The notes under the pieces are model-generated. The model was not told where the DNA came from and searched no databases. It saw nothing but the letters and a program-made list of their open reading frames with translations. Of a stretch of DNA of 64,000 bases, positions 1 to 12,223 are shown piece by piece. The stretch covers positions 98,703 through 162,702 of the forward strand of contig NW_005434532.1 of assembly GCF_000315625.1 (NCBI RefSeq), written 5' to 3'. This stretch comes from Guillardia theta CCMP2712. Taxonomy: Eukaryota; Protista; Cryptophyta. Within the stretch, counting starts at the first letter, position 1; every line of letters begins with the position of its first letter. The translations under genes and the position numbers were made by a program.

Positions 1-518
1 TTTTTTGAACTTAATCGATTTCAATCCCCGTACCGTCGACGTCATAAACTCAGCTAGTATGGTAGTGTGACAATCCCTTCGTACCGATACTGTGGGGTCC
101 AGCTCCGAGCACATACTATCTCCTTCCTCACTACTTATGTCGTTCAGCGTCTTCGGCCGTCGACTGTGAATGACTGAGTTAGTCAGTCACACAACCCAAT
201 AACACTATCTCCTGGTGGGTTAGGTGTACAAGCGTACCGTTCACTCGGTGTAGTCGCGTACACACTCCTCTCCTACACTACACTATGAGTGTGTTGTCCA
301 TGCACCTGCGAAGAGGTGTTTTCATCTACACACACAAGCAAATCTTTGTAGTTCGGATTTGGTGATCAAGATATTGTTGTGATATTTTCCTATTCCCTTT
401 CCCCGCCCGGACAACAATCTTTTTTGCTTCCGCAGGAAAAATAAGAGATATACACAACAAACAAACATCATATTCTTTGAGGAGAATCCCTTTTCCTGAG
501 CTGTCATTGTAGTTACTA

Positions 519-1086
519 TTACCGTGATCCTCCCTCCTTGTTGTCTTTAGGTGCCGCCTCCAAGGCTGTTGAGTTTGTAGAGCAAAACATCATTGTGTTG
601 GGCGGCACTAGGTGGTGGTGGAGGAGGAGGAGGAGGAGGGGATAGGGTACCTTGGATGAAGTCGAGGATCGGCTTGATAGACTCCTTGTAGACATGAGGG
701 ATGATGGTATTTCGCTTGAAAGCATCGTTCTGGTGAAGACAATCAGAAGAGAAAGAAATACAGAAGAAGAGCAGGAAGAAGAAGAAGAAGAAACATAGCT
801 CAGACGAGGACGAGGACGATGCTAGTGTAAGGTACCTTGTACATGATTGATGGGTTCTCCAGGAAGGATTTAATCTTGTCATATCTGCAGGAAGCAAGCG
901 TGAGCGCATGGGGGAGAGGGAGCGATGGCAGCCACAAGAGGAAGAGCACGAACACGAGCACAAGGGTGGGAGCGACGAGCAGAGGACATGTTCGTACTTG
1001 AAGTTGATATGGTCAAGGAAGAGAGGCTCGGCCGGAGCGAGGCGGAAGGAGGAGACTTTGTCCTGCGTGCACTGTTTAGTAGGATA

Positions 1087-1132
<46 letters not shown>

Positions 1133-4100
1133 TCAGGACGAGGACTAGGGTGTCTTTCACCTTGCCGGGAAGTGGCACTCCCCTGAACACTCCTTCAATG
1201 CTCTTACGGTGGTCCAGACCTGACAGAAGAGTGAGATGCCGCGACCGACTGCTCTCTATGCAGAGGAGCAGAGCGAGGAGGAGGACGAGGAAAAGGAGAG
1301 TGAGGAGGAGAAGGGGGAGGGAGAAGAGAGAGGAGGAGGAGCGGTGTTAACGTACCAGCCTGAATGATGAGGATGGATAGTCCGATCATTTTACGGATCT
1401 GATGATACATGAAGCCCTTGCCCTGCGTCATGGTTATGCTGTCGCCAAGATACCAGATAGTTGTCTTCCTTGTTCAAAACAGGAGGAGGAGGATGTGAAG
1501 AATGTAGAGAAAGGAGGGTGGAGGGGGGGCTGGAGGAGGAGGTGAGAAGGAGGAGAAGGGAGGAGAGGAGGTGAAGAGGTGAAGAGGGAGAGGGAGGATA
1601 CCTCAACTTCAATGACTGCGTATTCAATGTTGTTGTTGTAAACAAGCTCCTTGATCTTGAACGATGAGACTTCTCGGGTGGTCTGAAGATTCAGTGTCAT
1701 GAGAGATTAGCAAGAAAGGGAGGAAAACGATACAAACAACCAAAAACAAGGGAGGAAGGGTAAGGCGAACAAACCGTGAGAAGAAATGAGACAAGGAAAG
1801 GCAAAGAGGAAGAAATCAGCGAGATGTCAACACAACAAGAGCGGTAAAGCATCCAGACTACAAGAGCAGTAATCATGTCAACCTCCTTGTATTTGTCTGC
1901 CTTCGCCTCGTCCGTGAAGGCTACGAAGTTGTCCTTACGTTGGAAACAGCTCAAGACCTGCAGGAGAGAAACAGTGAGAGATCAGACAGCAAGACAGAGG
2001 ATGAAGACGAAGAAAACATGCAGGTGAGCGCAGAAACAGGTAAAGTTTGCTCCTTCTCTCTCTTCCTCACCTGTTGCACGTGCTCCAACTCCTCCGCTGT
2101 CAGTCGAGCTGTCCTCATTCGCGCATACAGCTGTTGCGAATTGGCAGCGACCTCCCGCTGGAGGGGGGCGAGAGCGAAGGCGGGGATGATGTACTGGTAG
2201 GTGCGACTGCCGACCAGTCAGAAGATAGATGAAAGAGGAGGAGGGGGAGTAGGAGGAGGAGGAACAAGGGGAGAGGAGGGGAACCAAGAAAAAGAGGCTA
2301 TTACCTCCTGATGAAATAAGGAGTATACAACCACATAGTGTCTAATTGTGTGTCGAGCTTTGAGCCTGGATCGATCTGACGCATCGCTATGACTTCGACT
2401 TGTTGTTGCTTCGCCTTCATGGAACTTTACATGGCATGTCAATGTCAGCATCTTCAAACCCCTGCCTCTCCCTTCCCCTCCCTTCCATATTCCCGCTCTC
2501 TACATCTCCTCCTCCCTTCTTCTCTCCTCCCCCTCCCACTTCCTTCCTCTTTGATCGCTTCTTTTCTGCGATCTTCTTACCGATTCAACTTTGCGATGAA
2601 TGCTGCGATTGGACTCTGACATTGAATCTTCTTCATGGTCACAACAACCTGCACAGTACGATCAGCTCCTTCACCACAAGACGTCTCTCCGGCCCCCTTG
2701 CTCTTGACTCATCAGCCAGCATCCTCCTCCTCCTCTTCCAACTCCACAACAACCACCATCACCACCACCACCACCTTCTTCTCCTCCTCCTCCTCCTCCT
2801 CCTTCTCCTCCTCCTCCTCCTCCTCCTCCCCAGCCCGCCCCCTCCCCCCGCCTCCCACCTCTCTCTCCTCCCTTACCAGAGACTGCGCGGCGTGCACTCC
2901 TTTGTCTGTCCTACTGGCGATAAGAAACTCTTCGACCCGATCCTCTTCGATCGCTCCCAGCAAGACCCTGAAGAGCAAGAAGAGTGAGAAATGTCCTGTT
3001 GTGTGACCAAGACTACACGTAGTTGAAGGCAGAGGAAGAAGACAAGACAGAAGGTAAGACTTCAAGAGATAGCGAGAAGGGAGGAAAGGACAGGGAGAAG
3101 AGATAGGGGAGGAGGGAGAAAGAAGAGGAGTGGAATGTAGCTAGGAAGGATACGCACATGTGCTCAACCAAACATTGCTGCACCGTTGGCCCGTACGGGT
3201 TCCTTTGAATCCCAAGAAATTTATGTCCGAGGTAGGAAAGGTTGACTAGACACTGAGATGCAAAGTGAGAAGTAAGAGGAGAAGAAGACGAAAATGTCGT
3301 GTGATACAGCACGTGGAATGAGCCGAGGGATTTGAGAAGAGGAGGGGAAGGAGCAGGTGCAGGACGAGATGAAAAGGAAGAGGAGGATGAAGGGGGGAGG
3401 GGAAGGCAAAAGAGGAGTCCAAACCTTGACGTAGGTATCCTCAAATTCGACGGGGGTGGCAAGAAGTTCAGTTTCGAACTCCTGTTGGTCAGAGATCAGG
3501 ACAGACTAGACCAATAAGAAGAGGAAAGTTGAGAAAAGTTGAGAGGGAGGTCGAGAATCAAGGATAGGATCAAGAGAGAGAAAGGAGTGATTCAGTAAAT
3601 GGGAGGAGGGAGAGGGGGTCAGAGAGGAGGAGGGAGGAGGAGCTTAGTCGTAGGCTCTTACCACACTGCCTTCCGGCGAGAAGCGAAACTCGGTCTCGCA
3701 GCAACTCTGTTGGCAAGAGGAGAAAGGTGAGCACCAACAGCAAGCTCCACAACCACAACCACTGACACAAGCACTGACACAGAACCACAACCTCCTCCTT
3801 CTCACCCATCTTGACGAGGTGCAATCTCCCGTCGTAGACGTCTCGCTTGGCACGCTGACCTCGGACCCATCGACACTGGACTGATACCGCAACGTCAAAC
3901 CCTTCCTCCTCTCCCCGACTGCGCTTACCAGCTCCTCTCTCTCTTCCTCCCCCCAATACGCTGCGTCCTCGTACTCCTCGTACTCCTCGTACTCCGCATA
4001 CTGCTCGTACTCCGCATACTGCTCGTAGCTCTTGTCCTCGAATTCCTGTCGATGCTCCTCGCACAAGTTGTCTTGCAATGAGGGGAAATTGTATGCGTTC

Positions 4101-5521
4101 GCTTGCAGCTCTCGATTCACGGGAAAAGGGCCCGGCAGGTAGTCAGACCCGACCCCAGCGGCGAAAGAGCTGACAGGGGGGAATGCAGCTGGGGTAAGAT
4201 CTATGGTGCAATCGTCATCTGAGGCAGCAGTGCGTGAAACAGGCGGAGCTGGAGGGGAGCTGGAGAATGGAGGCGACGGAAAGGGCTCAGACTTCTGAAC
4301 TCCCCTCATTCGATTCCAGGTCGACGACTCCCGGGAAGTCACAGCAGAGAGAGATGGCCATGCATCCTCTGAGGAGACGGGTGGAGGAGAAGGGTCTGAC
4401 TGTGCTGGCAGCGCCGGAGGAGCAGCGGTCCTAGCCTCGACCTGTACCACTGTCGCCGCATACGAGCTCCTTGGAGGGGATGAAGTAGGGGAGACAGAGC
4501 GCGGGAGAGGAGGAGCAGAGACGGAGCTTGGGGGAGGAGGAGCAGGATCAAGCCTGCTGGAAGGAGGAGAGGAAACGAGGCGGTTGTCACCAGGCTGAGT
4601 CCGTGGAGGCCAGGAAGGAACGCGGAAGGCTGGGCCATCATATCCAACTGAGATCGGCATGACGTCGGTGCTGAAGGTCTCGGGAGGCAAATGAAGGTGA
4701 AGTAGATCGAATTCGTTGTGCTCCAGGCGAACGAGCAGTGGGGTGTAGCTGTTCCCCCGCTCGGTGGGATAGAACTTTAAGAGAGTCTGCGATACCATCA
4801 GGAGGGGATGCTGGCAATAAAAGATAAGTTCAGACCTCCCTGTCTTGTTCCAACAACATTCTTGCCCCTTTGAGTGTGATGCGGTTATGTGACAGGTGTA
4901 CCTCGGTAATAGTTCCCTCGCAGAAGATGAGCAGGCTTAGAAGCTGAGCATGAATGCAATCAGTTGAAGGATCTAGAGTTGTGTTTTACCTCTGGCATGA
5001 CTGCATCCGTCAAATTGAGATGGTGAAGGTAAAGTCTGTAAACGTCTACGAGTTGTTGTTCGACAGCCTGCCAAGGTCAGGTCACTTATGGTTATCATAA
5101 TAACACCCTCCTGGCTTGACTGTTGTACCTCTCGCAACGCATGAAGGATTGAGATCACATCAATGTCTCTCGCATTTTTGCAGAATTGCAGTTTGAGGCT
5201 CAACCTGTACGTCCTGCGTTTGGGTCTTGATTGGGTGTATGCATGCTTGATACACGGGAGAAGCTGTTGATGAGAACAAAGTCAGCCTCGCGTTTCGCAG
5301 CCCCGCCTTCTCTTGCTTCTTCTTGGACTCACATGCCTCGATGCTTGTCGGAGATCTGCATCTGTTGCATTGCTATGAGTTGGGGCCAAAACTAACTCGC
5401 TGGGGTTGTTGGTAGCTTCACGTTTCCAATACGAAGAGTGTTGGTACATTTTAGGAGATTCTGTGGACTTAAGGTGTCGATAAGGTGTTTCTGGGATGCT
5501 GGAATAAGCGTGTGAGGCCAT
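519..5521 (-). CDS. PUS1: Multi-exon tRNA pseudouridine synthase (TruA/Pus1 family) with long N-terminal extension (LRR-like segment, Pro/Ser-rich and Tyr/Glu-rich linker)
   Basis: Exons encode CLVNLSYLGHKFLGIQRNPYGPTVQ (~3255-3160), ASRTDKGVHAA with catalytic Asp (~2920-2885), GQGFMYHQIRKMIGL (~1425-1370), RLAPAEPLFLD (~1050-1010) and FKRNTIIPHVYKE (~720-680). In-frame GT-AG joins link ORF 3644..4798 to the TruA exons. The 5' end is uncertain. Confidence 0.85.
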
Positions 5522-7545
5522 AACAAATCAAAAACTCATTGAAGAAAAACCAAAGACGCGGAAATGTGCAGAAACAGAAACAATAATGCTCGAAAAATGA
5601 CAACAACGAATCGAGATACGAATTGGGAGAGCAGAAGGAATAGGAGCGATTGAACTTTCAAGAGGATCAAAACTAATTTGGAAGGAAGATTTCGAACCAG
5701 ATGAGAAAATGAGGAAGAAAGTCAAGATGGAATCAGGGATTTCAACAATTTCGAGGCAGAGGACATTGCACCAGGAACTGCCTCTGAGATCGAGGAGGAG
5801 GAGGAGGAGGAGGAGGAGGAGGAGGAGGAGGTTGTCAGTGCGATGCAGGGCATTGAACTCGAAGAGTATATCAAAGAGAGTCATGCAAGACAGGGAGAGG
5901 AGGAGGAGGAGGTGATAAGGCGAGCGGGGGAACAGCACAGGACAAGGCGTGTTGTGCTGGGCATGGGGGGGAAACTGTATGTACGATTCGGTATCCAGAC
6001 CCTCTAAAGGGAAAGAGAGTTCTGAAAAGGGGGGGTAGGGTGGTCATGGGGCGGGTGGGTTGACCACAGCGTATGTTTCAAGCTGCCAACAGGGGGTAGC
6101 AAGATGCGTACTGCCTAATTCAGGGGGGTGGGGGTTAATTTGGGTTCTTGGTATAGTGTCTCTTTGGTCAAGGGTAAGCGGTATGGTGATAAATAGATAG
6201 GCATATAACATTGATTTAACGAGATGAAGATATGCTATCTGGAACAGAAAGCAGAAGGTAGGAAAACGATGATTGAAGAGGTAGATCATAGGGGGGTAGG
6301 GTAGGGCTTGGGGGTGGTACATGTCGAAATGTTTGCTGGAAGGCTGGTGCAGCATGGCGATTGGTTCACCCACGAACCTGCTTTACGAAAGAATAGGGTA
6401 GGGTACTACAATAAGGGTTACAATCAATGGGAAAAGTAGGGGTACATTTGAGAAAACAAGCACATGGTTGGCAGGGTAGGGTGGAGCTTGTATTAAGTTG
6501 GTCCACCACTAGAGTACCGGTACTTCGCCAGGGTAGTACAAAAAGTTGCATGCCCATCGCAAGGGTTCCGAATAAGTCGTACAGGGTAGGGTAGTCTTGG
6601 ACCACTAATGACCCCTTGAGTACCCCTTTGGGAGACATTTTTGTACTGCAAAAGACGAGTATGGGTAGGTAGTGTAGGGCATTAAAATGCAAAGCGAGCT
6701 CATGGGGTGGGTACTTGCCTTAAGGGGCGAAAGATGAGTAAACTTAAGTACCGAAGCCGTACTGAATCACGGGATTTGATGTCATTTTTAGAGTCATTGT
6801 TTTACGATGTTGAATTCGTCTCTAATAATACCACTCAGACCGGTAGTAAAAAGTTAACCGTAAAAGCACTAGTGATGGCCCGGCCCGGCAGTGCCGGCGG
6901 TGGTGGCCGGGCCACCTGCAGAACCAGATTTCGCGCAATGGGTCTCCATCCCTCATCATTGTGGACGACTCTTCGAATTTATGTCAAATCACATCAAATT
7001 CTGCTTATATCATTCAAACTTTTAAAAAACAATTTAAATTTTATCTTCTCCTTGGAAAATAATTCTATTTGTCAAGCTTCGTTTGGAGAATTGGGCACAT
7101 GCCTCTAGACGGAGGGGTCATATTGACTGTACTTGGGAGGGTACATGGTACATGGAGATCCACGGGTGGTTATTAAGAGGGTCGATGGGGTAGGGTTCTC
7201 CAATAGCGGCGTGGCTCTTCGCGATGGTGCAGGCCGAACATTGTGAGGGCTACGGCGCTGTGCCGGGCATGTCGAGAAGAAAAATGGTGGGAGAAGGAGA
7301 GCAGAAGATGGATGAGAAGAGAGTGGTAAGTTACATTGTTATTTAAACTCTTCTTCTCTTGTTTTTTCATGATGAACTTGTAATGGCTGCGGTTGATGGA
7401 ATGGTTATTTCTGGTGAATTGAGGTCAAAGTGCGGTTTTGTTTAGTAGTATGCTCAGATGTTTTGATGAATTATGCCTATTCATTGTCATGAGAACAATT
7501 TTTTGCTGTTTTCGTTGAAACAACACTTACGGCCCTGTGGGTCGC

Positions 7546-8411
7546 ATGGAGGTGACGTGGTGATTGTTGTGGGTTTGTGTGAATTTTGTTTTCATGTTTG
7601 ACTGGATGATTAATGGTGGTCATTTTACATGCAACATGTTACACCATTCTGATGTGTTTGCTCTGAAACTTGACTCTACTGATGTGATACTGGTTACCGC
7701 GCTTGACTGTGCATGGCAGGGAGTCACCAGGATTGCAGCTGTCATGGCCATTGCTCTCACCGCCGTCATCTGTGTTGGCGTCTTCTCCCGCCACATGGGA
7801 GCAACTTCCCTTGAGGCCACCAAGCTCCGTGCTGACTCCAACTTCGACGTGGCCGATGCCATCTTGAAGAGCGCGGGGGTCAAGGACAAAGAAGGTTCTA
7901 TCCCTGCCTCCATCGCCGCGCTGGCTGCGCAGGCGGCCAAGGAGAAGGAGACGGGAAGGCTGTCAGCCACTGTCGAGCTCCCTCAGATCCCCAAGAAGAT
8001 CGCGGCCATGGCGGCTGAGGCCAAGAGGGAGATCATGATCGAGCGATCTGTGGATCGCAAGAAGAAGCAGCAGAAGGAGGCGAAGAAACTTGCTGAGGAG
8101 AAGAAGGAGAAGGCCGAGAAGGAGGAGGAGGCTGCTGCCAAGCATGCCAAGGCTGCCAAGAAGCATGCTGCTGCAGAGAAGACCAAGGCTACCGGTAAGG
8201 GCATTGAGAGGGAGTTTGAGAGGGAGATGGTGGAACGGAGGGAAGCGGGCAGGGCGTGTGGGAGTGGTGGAGGATGAAGAACTGATGTTTCTGCTCAGTT
8301 CATGACGTCAAGAAGATGGCGGCCAAGGCCAAGTTGGCGGCCAAGCATGCCGCTGCTGCTGACGCCCATGGCAGCAACAAGCTTTTCAAGCGCATTTTTT
8401 CGAAGAAGTAG
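7546..8411 (+). CDS. Lys/Ala/Glu-rich protein with N-terminal signal/anchor (3 exons)
   Basis: ATG GAG|gt at 7546, acceptor cag at 7717-7719 giving MEGVTRIAAVMAIALTAVICVGVF; donor gtaag ~8194; last exon ends TAG ~8411; strong codon bias. Confidence 0.7.
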
Positions 8412-8485
8412 AGATTCTAGAGAGATCTATTCTTGCCTTGTCACGTTCACATTGCTATAAAGAACCAATTCCTTCCGTGCTGATA

Positions 8486-9460
8486 TTACAACATCGAAGC
8501 CAAGGCTCGGAGGATCCCCTCCCCTGTTCGATCAGATGTCAGTAGCGAGTGGCAGCAGCCACGAGGGTGAAGAACAAACTCAGACCTTGGGTGTCTTGCC
8601 TCGTAAACATCTCGTCCATCATTCTCTCCATGTGCTGTCTCGCATGTCAGCTCAGCGATGAACACTGCTGTGACCACCAGCATCGCTCGCCCAAGCTCTC
8701 CGTCCTCCTCGTTCGCCTCTGCTTCCTCCTGTCACCTTCAACCGGCCAAGTCTCCTTCACCTCTCTTCCGGCAAGATGCGACGAAGCAAGACTCGCGGGC
8801 GGGAACGAAGGCTTGTTCCTCCTCGCGACCTCGCCTGTGAAGCAGATGAGGACAAGATACGGCAGGAGAGGACAGGAGACGACCTGAGCTCCAGCAGCGC
8901 CGATGTCAAGTCTGTCGAGTCCCGGCAAGCCCAGGTGTCACACGAGCAGCACGAGAGGAGCAACTGCCTCACCCTCCGCCATCTCGTCGCCTCCATGCTC
9001 AAGGCAGAGCTCTCGTGCTGCCCGGCAAGTCAGCAAGGAGGAGAAGCCAAGGGGGCAGGAGACCCGAAGCCGCAAACTCATCCAGCTGAGCGAGAGGAGA
9101 GGATCTGCTGAGGGCAGCACTGCAACAGAGCTCGAAGAAGGCAACGAGGAGGAGGAGAGCTACCGGCTCGCGACCTTGAATCGCTCCTGCTCCAGTGATC
9201 ACCCAACCAGCTCGCATGCGCTCACATGCTACCTTGTCGCTGTCGGGCAGGACAGCATAGAGGGACTGCGCAGACGTGAGGAGCAATCGGGGAGGAGGAT
9301 GAGAACGTTACAGCCAAGGCCTTGGCTGCTCCGCTCTTGACCCGCTCCCCCTGCTGCATCCAATGAGAAAGGAGTGGATGGTCAGTGGGAGGAGCAAACA
9401 GCAGTCCCGTCGACTTCGTGCTCGAGCAGCTGCCACCGACAGACGTGAGAAGGGAGGAGG
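8486..9460 (-). CDS. Hypothetical multi-exon coding region, possibly the 3' continuation of the adjacent methyltransferase gene
   Basis: Series of GT...CTGAC...CAG intron signals on the minus strand between short open exons (SLYAVLPDSDK, ERFKVASR). Confidence 0.35.
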
Positions 9461-9469
9461 AGGAAGCAG

Positions 9470-10987
9470 GTCAACTGACTTCCGTCTCAGTCACTTGCCA
9501 GCGAGACGAGGAGGAGGCGAGACGATGTGCTCGACGAGTGTGTGAGATGCTGATAAATCTTCCACCTGCCAGCACAAGCTCAGCAGGTGGCGGTGGGTGC
9601 CGAGAGGAGGAGCCGGACTTGGAGGAGAAAGAAGGAAAGAATCAAGATGAGGATACAGGAAGGAGGGAGGAGGAAAGAGGAGAAAGGGGAGGGGGAAGGG
9701 AGGGGGAAGGGAGGGGGAAGGGAGGGGAGGGAGGGGAGGGGGAAGGGAGGGGGAAGGGAGGGGAGGGGGAAGGGAGGGGAGGGAGAGAGGAGGGGAGGGG
9801 ACGCAACCAGGTTTGAGCGCATTGAGAGCATGTAAGCAAGCAGACGTGAAGTTTGACTCGCTCTGTCCCCCGCACAAGATTGTGTCAAGAGTTGCTTTTT
9901 CGACGACCAGGTCGAAGCTGGACGTCAGCTGGTCAGACCCGCGCCTTGTCAAACCTCCTCACCTCTCCCTCCGTACTGGCAGGCGCAGGAACCTGAGGAG
10001 AGTGAGCTGGGGGGTGCAGTAGGGCCCTGAAGTCTCACCCGCTCCTCCTCGTTCTCGCTGCCTGGAGCACCGCGATAGGGGAGAAGTCAAGGCTGATCAC
10101 TCGACAACCCATCCCCTCCAACGCGCTGATGAGACAAGCCGAGTCAGGTAGACGAGGCGCAGCCAAGGTAACGCATGTAGGAGGAAGAGGGAAAACGAAG
10201 AAGAGGAGGGAGGAGACAGGAGGGAAGGAAGTGACAGCAGGAAGGAGGGAGGAAAGAAGGAGGGAGAAAGGAAGGAGTTCACGACGGAACAAGAAGCTAA
10301 GAGGAACAACAACACGGAGAGAGTGGTAGGGAATCAGCAATGTAGGAGAAGGAGAAAGTGATGAGAGGCTTGTTCTTACCTCCCAAGATCCGATAACCCG
10401 CAGCCAAGCTCGAGCACAAGAAGACCCGCACCCTTCTCCTCCTGCATGATGTGCTTGGCAATCGCCTGCCCTGAGCTGTACCAGTCCCTCGTGTAGACTT
10501 CCTGCTCGCACACTTATCAGCTCCTCCACCACCTCCTACTCCTACTCCTCCTGTCCCTTCCCTTCTCCTCCTCCTCCTGTCCCTTCCCTTCTCCTCCTCT
10601 CACTCCCACTCCTCCTCCTCCTCTCGTTCTCACCGCGAACTTCATCGGGTTCCCATAGTAGGAGTTCCAGTACCTCCTTCCTCCCCCGAAGCGATGGATC
10701 TTCGCGTCCTCCTCCCTCCTCCGCACCTGGCCAGCAGCTGAGGGTCGAGCTCAGCAAGGAGTCAATACCTTGTCTGCCGCCTCTGCACGCTCCTCCTCCC
10801 ACTCTTCTCTCCATTGAGGGAGTGAGAGACCCTTTGGGCCCACGTGCCCGTCCTGCGTCCCCGTCTGGGCCTGCACCTGCTCCTGCTCTCCCTCGACCTG
10901 GTTGATGTCTCGAGGACGGACGGAGAGGAGACGGTCTCCCTCCTCTTGTGCATCGAAGGAGCTGTAGAGACATGAGGAGAATGAGAA

Positions 10988-11019
<32 letters not shown>

Positions 11020-11333
11020 AGGGGCAGGAGCAGGGGCAGGAGCAAGGAGAACCTTTGAAAGGAAAATGAGGCGCCTCTTCCATCCTGCACAAGCTTGAGC
11101 ACGCAGCATACAGAACGAGGCACCGGGTACCGTGGGCTGCTGCTCGAGGGGAAGGGGGGCAAGGGAAGGAGGGGAGGAGGAGGAGGAGCCGATGTCTCTC
11201 GGTCGAGCAACCATCTCCCTGCCTCCTTCCTGCAGGCGCGTGAGCATCGCAGGCGAGAGCAGGAGACTCCGCTGCTACCTCCACCGTTGAGGAGTGTGTG
11301 ACTGAAGAAGTTCCCGTCGAGTGGCTGGGCATG
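9470..11333 (-). CDS. SAM-dependent methyltransferase, METTL13/EEF1AKMT4-like (multi-exon)
   Basis: Exons: YWNSYY (~10670), DWYSS...VLELGCGLSDLG motif I (~10490-10385), VISLDFSPIAV (~10100), SFDLVVEKATLDTILCG...ALNALKPG (~9920-9810), GGRFISISH (~9565). Both ends approximate. Confidence 0.8.
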
Positions 11334-11688
11334 CTGGTGTAGAGTGAGCGAAGATGGCAGCTGAGGAGGTCAGAGCATGCTGCCTTGCCCTGCCCTCCCT
11401 GCCTCCAACCTCCACCTCCCTGCTCTCCTACTCCCAGTTCCTGCTCTCCTCGCCTTCTTCTTTTTGAGCTGCCTCTACCTCCCTCGCCGTCTACCAACTT
11501 GTCTACCCTCCTCCTCCCCTCCCTCCCTACCTCCTCCACCTCCTCCCCTACCTCCCTACCTCCTCCACCTCCACCCCTCGCCGGGCCTCTGCCACTCGAG
11601 TGATCTCCTTCCGTCTGCGCTATGATGTCAGGAGAGTGGGAGGGGGGGGGGGGGAGGGGGGGGGGGGGGAGGGGCGGAGGCGACGTGG

Positions 11689-11788
11689 NNNNNNNNNNNN
11701 NNNNNNNNNNNNNNNNNNNNNNNNNNNNNNNNNNNNNNNNNNNNNNNNNNNNNNNNNNNNNNNNNNNNNNNNNNNNNNNNNNNNNNNN
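11689..11788. other. Assembly gap (100 N) preceded by a near-pure G tract
   Basis: 100 consecutive N; G-runs at 11637-11674. Confidence 0.99.
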
Positions 11789-12223
11789 AAACCTTCAGGC
11801 CTTTGTCGGCGCAAGGAGCAGCTCCTCAAGCGGCCATAATCCTGGCAGGGGCTTGGCATTTGCACAAGGGGAGGAATTGGGAAAGATTCTATCCAGTAAC
11901 AGCCCGGGAGGGTGAGGGAGAGGAGGACGGAGGAGTTGTGAAGGAGGGTCGAGCCAGAAGGGACAACATGACATGTAGGAGCAGGAGCAGGAGCAGGAGC
12001 AGGAGGACTGAGTCCTCCTGAGAATGATTGTGGACTGTAAGCCATGAGTACGAGGTGAAACATGCGAAGAGAGCAAGCATTGAACAGGCAGTGGCAGGTA
12101 TGAGTGAGAGAGGAGGAGTAGCTGGACTGGAGCTTTTGATTAACAAATGTTAAGAGATGAGCCATGGACTAGTCTGCAGCAGGTAAGACAACAAGTTGAG
12201 TTTCTTGACTGTTCTGCCCATCA

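Noticed and set aside
8549-10022. Plus-strand ORFs in the track
   Set aside because: Splice signals and methyltransferase motifs are on the minus strand; these are shadow ORFs.
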